From a virus, in IMG/VR virus record IMGVR_UViG_3300048606_000054: DNA of 24,700 bases, one strand, 5' to 3'. Below the pieces are notes generated by a model. The model searched no databases and had not been told where the DNA came from. It saw nothing but the letters and a program-made list of their open reading frames with translations. Each line of letters begins with the position of its first letter. Within the stretch, counting starts at the first letter, position 1. Both the position numbers and the translations under genes were made by a program. Of this stretch, positions 7,775 to 15,260 are shown in pieces.

Positions 7775-7805
7775 CAAAATTAAGGCAGAAATTAAAATCT
7801 GCAAA
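7775..7805 (-). promoter_or_regulatory. Leftward Bacteroidetes promoter
   Basis: Minus strand TTTG (7805-7802), 19 nt, TAATTTTG (7782-7775). An inverted repeat GCAGA-N8-TCTGC spans the spacer. Confidence 0.7.
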
Positions 7806-7823
7806 AGTTCTTTGATAAAAAGT

Positions 7824-7855
7824 TTTGGAAGTTCCAACCGGCTTCATTAGGTTTG
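7824..7855 (+). promoter_or_regulatory. Rightward Bacteroidetes promoter for the ncRNA/replication module
   Basis: TTTG (7824-7827), 20 nt, TAGGTTTG (7848-7855). Confidence 0.75.
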
Positions 7856-7859
7856 TCCT

Positions 7860-8280
7860 GCTTTCGACAAAATCTTAATTAATGGGATTAATTTATTTTT
7901 ATTACATTTGCATACTAGGCGAAACCCGCCAATTTCCATATAAGATTTTTCAAAGCTGACATTCCCCGGATTTATTCGGGGTTTTGTCATTATACGAGCC
8001 TCTAATCCAATGAGGAACTCAGAGACGGGAACACCTTTTGTATAGCCCGAAAGGATTTCTATACAATCGCCTGTCTTTGAAGTGGCAAGCTACTCCATTA
8101 GCCTCTGTTAAACCGATAAAAAGGGAACCGTGCGCGTAGTGTGTTAAATGATCTGCCTGGATGTTAACATTTTCCGAGATCAGCCAAAGCATTTCCGATA
8201 CTGGCTCCGTTAAACTAATTTTTTGGTCATAGATTATGTTTATTCCTTTAGGGGTAGGGGTAAACATTTTCTGTGGCCTG
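7860..8280 (+). ncRNA. Candidate large structured ncRNA or structured leader
   Basis: Consecutive stems with G.U pairs: 7860-7956, 7957-7989, 8019-8080 (GAAA tetraloop), 8081-8094, 8150-8181, 8182-8206 and 8225-8278 (GGGGUAGGGG). No credible ORF. Confidence 0.65.
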
Positions 8281-8311
8281 CGAAATCCGAAAACTTTCCA
8301 TTAAACTAATT

Positions 8312-8821
8312 ATGGGGCCAACAAAAAGAATAATGAAGGAGTTTGGAATTAGGGAATATTCCTTTAACAACAAGGTTAGATTTATAAAAGTAAAACTAAG
8401 GCATTCCCTAAGGCAGAATGGGCTACTTTCTATGAAGGGACATTCTTTTGAAGACTTGGTTATGTATTTTAGAGAGTTTACGGATGAAAAACCATACAGA
8501 TTAACCAAATATGAATGTTATAAGTGGCTTTTTACTATTTGGCATGACAGCTCAAATGAGTTTATTCGTAAAACCGATCCTCTTAACTTTTATATTTCAA
8601 AAGAATGGAGGGATTTGAGGGCTAAGTTTTTGAGAGACTTTTATCCGCGCTGTATGAATTGTGGTAGTTGCGAAAGAATTTCAGTAGATCATATAAAACC
8701 AAGATCATTATACCCAGAATTAGAATTGGATTATGAAAATCTTCAGGTTTTATGTACTCCATGCAATAGCAGGAAGTCAAACAGAGATATAATTGATTAC
8801 CGATCCTTACAACCGTTTTGA
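8312..8821 (+). CDS. HNH endonuclease with ~90-aa N-terminal extension
   Basis: FYISKEWRDLR...RCMNCG...VDHIKPRS...LDYENLQVLCTPCNSRKSN. ATG 8312 preferred over GTG 8273. Confidence 0.9.
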   Translation: MGPTKRIMKEFGIREYSFNNKVRFIKVKLRHSLRQNGLLSMKGHSFEDLVMYFREFTDEKPYRLTKYECYKWLFTIWHDSSNEFIRKTDPLNFYISKEWRDLRAKFLRDFYPRCMNCGSCERISVDHIKPRSLYPELELDYENLQVLCTPCNSRKSNRDIIDYRSLQPF

Positions 8822-8822
8822 T

Positions 8823-9176
8823 ATGCCGTCAAAAAAAACAATAGAATGGCTCCCCGAAACCGCCCCCACTCCGTTTGATGGAGCAGGATTTAAGGAACTT
8901 TGGCAAACTTTGCTGAAGATGTCAAAATGGAAGAAAAAGCCATTGTCGGCTATTGAAATGGCCTGTAAACGACTGAAGCGGTTTGATGAATGCTTTGCCA
9001 GTCAGTTGGTGGAAAATGCGATAGAAGGGAATTACCAGGGAGTAGTATTTACGGATAGCCAAATGAAATTCGAACAATATAAACGCAACTTAAATGGAGC
9101 AAAAAATTTCGGAAATATTAAAGACAAGCCTATTGCCACAACTCAGCCTAAAGGAGGTTTTGGACAGCTACAGTAA
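8823..9176 (+). CDS. Replication-initiator C-terminal-like domain protein
   Basis: 'FKELWQ...KWKKKPLSAI...L......A..VENAIEGNYQGV' resembles the C-terminal helical domain of phage replisome organisers. It lies directly before the loader ATPase. Confidence 0.55.
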   Translation: MPSKKTIEWLPETAPTPFDGAGFKELWQTLLKMSKWKKKPLSAIEMACKRLKRFDECFASQLVENAIEGNYQGVVFTDSQMKFEQYKRNLNGAKNFGNIKDKPIATTQPKGGFGQLQ

Positions 9177-9939
9177 CATCGAGTTAACTGATGATGAGGT
9201 CATGGAGGCCATGATATGGAGAAAACAAAAGAAGGCCGGAGAGATGGAGGGGGCAAAAATTAGAGAACAGGAAGCGGAAAATAGAAAACGACTTACCGCG
9301 CCAACCACGTATGATCTTGTAAAATCGCTAATGCTATACAGGGCAGAAAAAAGATTTGGTGCTGCATTTGTAATTGACAAGACTAACGAGGTAATATTTG
9401 AATCCCTGTGCAGATATTTTGGGAATGATAAGGAGTTCGTAGCTATGATGGCTGCTATTGGAGTCGAGAACCCTTCTTTGGATAAAGGGATATTCTTAGC
9501 CGGAAATTTCGGATGTGGTAAAACCTGGATGATGAACCTTTTTAAACAGAATCAAAGACATTGTTTCGCTCTTAAACCAGCCAAGGAAATTGCCAATGGG
9601 TATCGTGATAGCGAAGAACCAGAACGTTTTTTAACAGACTGGGCTACACCCCTCAAAAATGCCTATAATGATGCCACTGTGTTTTTCCAGCCATTCTTGG
9701 GGGTATGCATAGATGATATTGGTTCGGAGGACTTGAAGAACACCTATGGGAATAAGGCTAATGTTATTGGAGACTTAATTGAGCTAAGGTATGCTGCCGG
9801 TTATTGTGGGCCAGGATTTCATGCTACAACTAACCTTACAGCAGATCAATTGCTACAGTATTACGGGGGAAGGGTGACAAGTAGAATGAAGCAGATATTT
9901 AACTTTATTGAGCTTCCGGGAGCCGACAGGAGGATATAA
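9094..9939 (+). CDS. DnaC/IstB-like AAA+ ATPase (helicase loader)
   Basis: Walker A GNFGCGKT, Walker B VCIDDIGSE, HATTNL and YGGRVTSRMKQIFN...GADRR. Confidence 0.85.
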   Translation: MEQKISEILKTSLLPQLSLKEVLDSYSNIELTDDEVMEAMIWRKQKKAGEMEGAKIREQEAENRKRLTAPTTYDLVKSLMLYRAEKRFGAAFVIDKTNEVIFESLCRYFGNDKEFVAMMAAIGVENPSLDKGIFLAGNFGCGKTWMMNLFKQNQRHCFALKPAKEIANGYRDSEEPERFLTDWATPLKNAYNDATVFFQPFLGVCIDDIGSEDLKNTYGNKANVIGDLIELRYAAGYCGPGFHATTNLTADQLLQYYGGRVTSRMKQIFNFIELPGADRRI

Positions 9940-9980
9940 CCCTATTATTCAATTTATATTAATCACTAAACTGGATAAAT

Positions 9981-10403
9981 ATGCAAGTCGATTTCACCTC
10001 TCTTTATGAACAAAAGAATCTAAACTTTCTAAATGAAGATGAAATAAATTATATTATATCCCATAATGATATTGACAGAGGAAAGATAAGAGATGAATAC
10101 CATTCCTTCAGAGAGCTATACGACTTCAGGAAAATGTATAATTCTGCGCTATTCAATGAATGGTTTTTGGCTGAAAAATATCAAGTTCATAAATCAATTA
10201 GGCATAATGATGGTGAGCTTTGTTTTGGAGGCGGATGGTTTATTGTAGTGGCCATGCTTCCATCGGGTCAAATAACAAACCATTACAAAATGGAAGATTG
10301 GGATTTGTTTGATATTCCTGCGGACGATATTGCCAGGTTTCCTTTCGATGGCCATACTCCAGCAGATGTATTAGATAGACTGCATAAACTTGTAACAACA
10401 TGA
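9981..10403 (+). CDS. Conserved phage protein with (W/F)DGH motif
   Basis: YHSFRELYDFR...KSIRHNDGE...GWFIV...GQITNHY...WDLF...FDGHT. Confidence 0.7.
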   Translation: MQVDFTSLYEQKNLNFLNEDEINYIISHNDIDRGKIRDEYHSFRELYDFRKMYNSALFNEWFLAEKYQVHKSIRHNDGELCFGGGWFIVVAMLPSGQITNHYKMEDWDLFDIPADDIARFPFDGHTPADVLDRLHKLVTT

Positions 10404-10624
10404 CAAAAGATAAAAAATTAAAGCAGGAGATGGATGCAGATTACCCCTTAATCCCAATGATGGACATAACCGATGAAGCAAGATTACTTGCAGTAGCTTG
10501 GGTTGAAGGTTATGAGGCTCAAGGAATGGATATTCCAGGAAAACAAAAACTGGCTTCGGATATTATGAACTATGCAAGAAGATATGCGAATAAAATTGTA
10601 TCGGATGAAAAAAAGACAACATAG
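10400..10624 (+). CDS. Hypothetical protein
   Basis: ATGA-coupled. Confidence 0.7.
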   Translation: MTKDKKLKQEMDADYPLIPMMDITDEARLLAVAWVEGYEAQGMDIPGKQKLASDIMNYARRYANKIVSDEKKTT

Positions 10625-10946
10625 GGCCACATCCATAGAAGCCCACGAATCCGTGAAAGAGCACAAGGAGGCTATGTATGACAAGATCGTGGAAGGATTG
10701 AGAAAGCTAAGAGTAGGAGGTCATTTTGAAGCTATAGCTGAAGCTGCGGGACTAGAACCAGCCCAAGTATGGAAGAGATTACCCGAAATGATAGAGTTGG
10801 GGCTTGTGTACAATGTTGGCACTACAAGAACTACTTCTTCAGGCAGAAAGGCAATGGTGCGGCAGCTTGTCGAAATAAAGATATTGCAACAAAATAATAT
10901 CCAGATTAAGCCAATGCCGATTTTAAAACAACCAGATTTATTTTAA
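10605..10946 (+). CDS. Winged-HTH phage protein
   Basis: TSIEAH...IAEAAGLEPAQVWKRLPEMIELGLV...RTTSSGRKAMV. Confidence 0.75.
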   Translation: MKKRQHRATSIEAHESVKEHKEAMYDKIVEGLRKLRVGGHFEAIAEAAGLEPAQVWKRLPEMIELGLVYNVGTTRTTSSGRKAMVRQLVEIKILQQNNIQIKPMPILKQPDLF

Positions 10947-10956
10947 ATATAATTTT

Positions 10957-12108
10957 ATGGAAGCAGTAAAGGAACAGGTTGCAACTAAGAAAGCGTTCTC
11001 ATTTTCAATAGATGTTAAAAAACATAAGCGCCTTTTTGATCCGCTATTTTCTGCAATAAATGCAAGTACGGTATTGCCCATCTTAGAGGACGTACTTATA
11101 AACAATGAAAATGGGAAGATTTCTTATTCTACAACTGATCTTGAAAATATAGTTACTATTGAGCTTCCATCTGAAAGTTTAAATAAATTCACTATTGTTT
11201 TTCCTCGAATTGAATTAAAATACCTTTTAAGGCATTCTGTTTCTGATCTTCTTGACATTTCTCTAGCCGGGGATATTTCGGAGCCAAATATTATAGTGAG
11301 GTCGGAAGCCTTCACATTGAAATTAAATGCGCACAGGGCAAATGATTATCCGAAACTAGTTACAATAGAAAAGGAAAGGTCTTTTACTATTGATGTTAAA
11401 GAAATCGCGCCTATTTTAGTAAACGCCTTAAAGTTTGTGTCAAATGATTGGCTAAGACCCGCCATGACTGGTATATTCTTCACGAATATGGACGGGTATT
11501 TAACTGTTGTTTCCACAGATGCGCATAAACTTTATTGGCAGACAATTTGCAAGACCCCTGTAGGATTCGAAAATAACGAGTTCCTTATATCGGCAAAGGC
11601 GGCTGGTATAATTATAATGCTTTGCAAGGGAGAAAATGAAGTTCGCTTGGATTTGACCGAGCATCATCTTGGGGCAAGATTTGATGGGAAGTATATTATA
11701 TCCAGAATAATGGATGAGAAATACCCGAACTTTAGAGCCATACTCCCGCAGGCATTTCCACTTAACTTCTACATAAATAGAAAGAATCTAACCTCCTCTT
11801 TAAACCTCTGCCTTCCCTTCACAAATAAATCGACTTACCAAATAAATATAAGCGTATCGCCAGGTCAGATTGTTATTGATGGAGGAGATAAAGACTTTAG
11901 CCTTGATTTTGCACACCGAATACCTTTGGCAGGAACAAATCTTGACACTTTTAAACCTTTCTCATTCGGCATGAACGCAAAGTTTTTATTAACGGCTCTT
12001 TCATGCTCTAATCAAGAATTGGTTTGCATAAACTCCTCAATGTCTCCAACAAAGGCAATTATTGTAGATGAGCATTGCTTACTTATGCCATTAATGCTAA
12101 ATCAATGA
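10957..12108 (+). CDS. dnaN: DNA polymerase III beta sliding clamp homolog
   Basis: 383 aa; TVLPILEDVLI, TTDLE, DYPKL, RPAMTGI, VSTDAHKL, ISRIMDEKYPNFRAILP, MNAKFL and C-terminal LLMPL. Confidence 0.9.
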   Translation: MEAVKEQVATKKAFSFSIDVKKHKRLFDPLFSAINASTVLPILEDVLINNENGKISYSTTDLENIVTIELPSESLNKFTIVFPRIELKYLLRHSVSDLLDISLAGDISEPNIIVRSEAFTLKLNAHRANDYPKLVTIEKERSFTIDVKEIAPILVNALKFVSNDWLRPAMTGIFFTNMDGYLTVVSTDAHKLYWQTICKTPVGFENNEFLISAKAAGIIIMLCKGENEVRLDLTEHHLGARFDGKYIISRIMDEKYPNFRAILPQAFPLNFYINRKNLTSSLNLCLPFTNKSTYQINISVSPGQIVIDGGDKDFSLDFAHRIPLAGTNLDTFKPFSFGMNAKFLLTALSCSNQELVCINSSMSPTKAIIVDEHCLLMPLMLNQ

Positions 12109-12530
12109 CACAAAAAATAAATACAATTATTCATAACTACGAATATGTTAAAGTCCATAAATGGATAAAAAAACAATTGGGGGCCGCCTCGTATTGCGCA
12201 AATGATAGGTCTCATAAAGGAAAAAGATTTGAATGGGCAAATATTTCAGGGGAATATAAATTTGATATTAACGATTTTAAGCCATTGTGCCCATCTTGTC
12301 ATAGAAAAATGGACTTTACTGATTCTCAAAGAGAAAAGCTAAGAAAGATAAACATGGGGAATACAAATCGTGCTAGAAAAGTATACCAATTTGGGTTGGA
12401 TGGGAGGTTGATAAAAGAATGGGATATGATAAAAGATGCTAATGAAGCTCTGGGGTTGTCTACCACAGCAATATGTAATGTATTAGCTGGAAGGGCTACA
12501 ACAGCAGGAGGATGGATATGGAAAAAATGA
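12105..12530 (+). CDS. HNH-like/NUMOD1 homing-endonuclease-type protein
   Basis: VHKWI...EWANISGEY...LCPSCHRKMD plus a NUMOD1-like tail KVYQFGLDGRLIKEW...ICNVLAGRATTAGGWIWK. ATGA overlap with dnaN. Confidence 0.75.
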   Translation: MTQKINTIIHNYEYVKVHKWIKKQLGAASYCANDRSHKGKRFEWANISGEYKFDINDFKPLCPSCHRKMDFTDSQREKLRKINMGNTNRARKVYQFGLDGRLIKEWDMIKDANEALGLSTTAICNVLAGRATTAGGWIWKK

Positions 12531-12763
12531 CATTTGAAGAGGTCGTAATCCTGCTTCAGTTAAATCATATTTACCCGATAACATTGACTGAGTTGGGGAA
12601 GGATGGCAAAAAGATCACTGGCCTAGAGGTTCCGGTAAATCCATTTACCTACGAATCAAAAAAGGGACACATTGAACAGGTAGTAAAAGAAAGGGGATTC
12701 CGTGTTGACTATCTATCAAATCAGCAGATTTTGTATATAACAAAGTTAAAATCGAAGAAATGA
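12527..12763 (+). CDS. Hypothetical protein
   Basis: ATGA-coupled start at 12527. Confidence 0.7.
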   Translation: MTFEEVVILLQLNHIYPITLTELGKDGKKITGLEVPVNPFTYESKKGHIEQVVKERGFRVDYLSNQQILYITKLKSKK

Positions 12764-13110
12764 AGACAATAAAAGAGATAAATGAGGATTTATCCGCAAT
12801 AGTTGCTCGCATTAAAAACAAGGATAAAGAAGAGCTAAAACCCGCTATAGAAAAGAGACTCCGGAAAAGAATTACATTTCTTAACACCTGCATAATGTAT
12901 TTGGAGCATGAGCCAACTTCGGCTTTTATTAAAAGCGAAATAGAAAAGGTAAGAGCTAAGATAGACAGAAGAATGGGACTTTTTATTTTCGATGAAGTCA
13001 TGGTGGATAAAAAAACTGTAGCAAAAATGAGGAAGGCCCATGAGAAACAATACGAAGTCCCTCATCTCAGAGATCAATTGTATGCATTGAGATTTTTACT
13101 TAAAGATTAA
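12760..13110 (+). CDS. Hypothetical helical protein
   Basis: ATGA-coupled. Confidence 0.75.
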   Translation: MKTIKEINEDLSAIVARIKNKDKEELKPAIEKRLRKRITFLNTCIMYLEHEPTSAFIKSEIEKVRAKIDRRMGLFIFDEVMVDKKTVAKMRKAHEKQYEVPHLRDQLYALRFLLKD

Positions 13111-13114
13111 ATAT

Positions 13115-13387
13115 ATGAAATCAGGAACCGTGAAGTTGGTAAATGCCGTTGGCGGAGTGGTTGATACAGCCCTCTATAAATCCAGTGAACAGTGGAAGAA
13201 AGTTATAGATCACTGGAAAATGGTTTACGGTGATAGGCTAATCATCCAATTCGCCCCCGATCCCGGCCCTACCGACTTCATAGTTCCCATCAAAAAAACT
13301 AAAAGATTGGTCAAGCCCACCAAGACTATAGGAGGCATAAACAGCATCAGGATACCAAAGTCCTCACCACGAACGCATTACCTATAA
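13115..13387 (+). CDS. Hypothetical protein
   Basis: Operon packing. Confidence 0.7.
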   Translation: MKSGTVKLVNAVGGVVDTALYKSSEQWKKVIDHWKMVYGDRLIIQFAPDPGPTDFIVPIKKTKRLVKPTKTIGGINSIRIPKSSPRTHYL

Positions 13388-13460
13388 TAGGGATCGACTG
13401 GCCCTCTTATTGACCCCTATATATACCAGTAGAAAAAAGATCACAAATTTGACAAATAAA

Positions 13461-13492
13461 TTTGGAAACGACATTTCGGTGTCATATATTTG
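13461..13492 (+). promoter_or_regulatory. Bacteroidetes promoter with operator-like palindrome, probably leaderless
   Basis: TTTG (13461-13464), 20 nt, TATATTTG (13485-13492); GACA-tttcgg-TGTC in the spacer; ATG at 13497. Confidence 0.75.
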
Positions 13493-13496
13493 ACTT

Positions 13497-13688
13497 ATGA
13501 AGAAAGATTGGGAGGTAAAACTTGTTCAGATGGCCGCTAATGATGCAGAAAGGGGCAAAATTTCGAAGGAAATGGATTTGACGATGGAAGCCCTTGCAAA
13601 AAGAATAGAGCGTTTAAAGAGGAAATGGGGCTGCAAATCGGTTGCCGCCCTGGTAGCAATATTTTTCAGGAATAATCTCATAAAATAA
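13497..13688 (+). CDS. Stand-alone LuxR/GerE-type HTH regulator
   Basis: ISKEMDLTMEALAKRIERLKRKWGCKSVAALVAIFFRNNLI matches the LuxR C-terminal pattern. Confidence 0.7.
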   Translation: MKKDWEVKLVQMAANDAERGKISKEMDLTMEALAKRIERLKRKWGCKSVAALVAIFFRNNLIK

Positions 13689-13694
13689 AAAACT

Positions 13695-14264
13695 ATGGCA
13701 AATAAACAGCAGTCAATGACCGCAAAAAACAAGGCTTTCTGGAAACTCCCAAAAGCAACGCAGAGAGTGGCTATAGCTAAAGATGTTATCGCAAGTTTTA
13801 AAATTGGGTTCTATAAAGCCAGAACTGGTGCATATTTCCGTGTGCTTGATCTCGCAAATCCAATAAAAGATGCTCCTGAAAAACTGGATGCTGTTTTGGG
13901 TATGTTTAAAAAAGAAGGGGCTACCTGCCAGGTATGTGGAATTGGAGCTTGCTTTACCAGTATGGTAAATATTGGGAACAGGGCCAAAACTACTGATTTT
14001 TTGAGCTCCTGTATTGAGGAGGGAGAAGGTATTAATGACTCTTCAATGAGAGGGTTACTAAGAAAGGTGTTCTCTTCTACGCAATTAACTCTTATTGAGA
14101 ACGCTTTTGAAATAGATGCTAGCTTCGAGGATAATGATGCCTCGGTGCCTTATAAAAAAAGATATGAGGCGGAATCCTTTGGACAAAAATTCGATGATAA
14201 TGCAGAAAGGCTAATAGCCATAATGAAGAATATCATCAAAAACAAAGGAGAGTTCATCCCATAA
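13695..14264 (+). CDS. Phage hypothetical protein
   Basis: RVAIAKDVI...CQVCGIG...QLTLIENAFE...RLIAIMKNIIKNKGEFIP. Confidence 0.8.
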   Translation: MANKQQSMTAKNKAFWKLPKATQRVAIAKDVIASFKIGFYKARTGAYFRVLDLANPIKDAPEKLDAVLGMFKKEGATCQVCGIGACFTSMVNIGNRAKTTDFLSSCIEEGEGINDSSMRGLLRKVFSSTQLTLIENAFEIDASFEDNDASVPYKKRYEAESFGQKFDDNAERLIAIMKNIIKNKGEFIP

Positions 14265-14275
14265 ACTCATTTTAT

Positions 14276-14701
14276 ATGTCACTACTTAGCTTCTTGTTTG
14301 GAAGTAAACAGAAAAAGAAATTCGTAAAACCCGATGCCAATAAGCATTGGGCTTACACTCCGCGAACAAATTATAATAGAAGTCTTAGAAATGCGGATAA
14401 AGAAGATGAGGAATACCAAAAAAGGAAAAGGCGGCAAGATGAGGACGACAACCTGTTGAACCCAATGAATCCATTCAATCCAATAAGCCCCCTTTATGAT
14501 TCAGGCAATGATTCTACTCCGCCTGCTTCAAATGATTTCAATGGCTTTGATGGAGGCTCAGGAGGAGGTGGCGGGGCTTCAGGAGATTGGGGTAGCGATA
14601 ATAGCAGCAGCCCATCCAGCGATTCTGGTTCATCTTATGATTCTGGAAGCAGTTCGTCTGATAGTGGTAGTTGTGACAGTGGAGGTTCTTCTAGTGATTA
14701 G
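14276..14701 (+). CDS. Low-complexity Gly/Ser/Asp-rich protein
   Basis: Basic N-half, NPMNPFNPISP, then GFDGGSGGGGGASGDW and DSGSS repeats. Confidence 0.7.
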   Translation: MSLLSFLFGSKQKKKFVKPDANKHWAYTPRTNYNRSLRNADKEDEEYQKRKRRQDEDDNLLNPMNPFNPISPLYDSGNDSTPPASNDFNGFDGGSGGGGGASGDWGSDNSSSPSSDSGSSYDSGSSSSDSGSCDSGGSSSD

Positions 14702-14812
14702 CCCCACCGGGAGCCAAGGGTAGCGAAGATGACTATCGAATCCTGAATCAAGTTCTTTTAAATAACAATCAGCCTCAAGAGGATTGGCGGGTAGGAACAA
14801 CTCGCAAGAGGT

Positions 14813-14922
14813 ATTGGGAGCGTGTCGCGGCTGTATGAACCAGAAGAAACGCATGGAAGATAGGATCGCAACCTGTCGGCAGCAAGTCAATGGTTAGTTA
14901 ATTCAGTCCTGCCGCTCCCAAT
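14813..14922 (+). ncRNA. Candidate structured RNA (tRNA-like closing stem)
   Basis: Perfect 10-bp ATTGGGAGCG/CGCTCCCAAT stem enclosing internal helices. Confidence 0.4.
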
Positions 14923-14967
14923 TTATTTAAAATAAACATTTGATAACAATACTAAAAACAGGTTTAT

Positions 14968-15246
14968 ATGCTAAACGAAAATGATTCACATTATCTGTAT
15001 AACGACTTACTAAATAATGCCAGAATGCAAAACGCATTGGATATTGTCAAAGGAACCGGGGCTGTATTCGGAATAGATGGCGACCGGTTCTATTACGGGT
15101 TTGGTCATATTGCTGAATCAACGGGTGTGTATGGGTTCGGCACAACCCCATCCGGAGCGTTAGACGCATTCGCTGTGGCCTATTATTCGCAAACAGTCAA
15201 TCCTCCTAGCACGAATCAGATAACCCCTAATCAACTAAACAGTTAA
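14968..15246 (+). CDS. Hypothetical protein
   Basis: GVYGFGTTP..A..AF pattern (HicB-N-like fold possible). Confidence 0.7.
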   Translation: MLNENDSHYLYNDLLNNARMQNALDIVKGTGAVFGIDGDRFYYGFGHIAESTGVYGFGTTPSGALDAFAVAYYSQTVNPPSTNQITPNQLNS

Positions 15247-15260
15247 ACTATCATATTGTT

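Noticed and set aside
8019-8267. Minus-strand 82-aa ORF across the structured region
   Set aside because: No recognisable motif, and it is antisense to a strong plus-strand promoter. G.U-biased stems explain the region better as plus-strand RNA.
7860-8821. Group I intron or canonical IscB/HEARO element
   Set aside because: No interrupted host gene or recognisable P7 core. The HNH ORF is too short and lacks PLMP/RuvC motifs. No transposon ends were seen.
9094-9939. IS21 IstB transposition helper
   Set aside because: No IstA transposase or terminal inverted repeats; the context is phage replication.
13387-13420. Hairpin ATAGGG..CCCTAT as a terminator
   Set aside because: Imperfect stem, large loop and no adjacent U-tract.
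14670-14716. ZTP riboswitch-like CCACCGGGAGC
   Set aside because: The 5' partner strand and 3' pseudoknot hairpin are absent, and most of it lies in coding sequence.
14816-14920. Canonical tRNA gene
   Set aside because: An acceptor-like stem is present, but there is no TTC T-loop, D-loop GG placement or proper anticodon arm, and it is 105 nt long.
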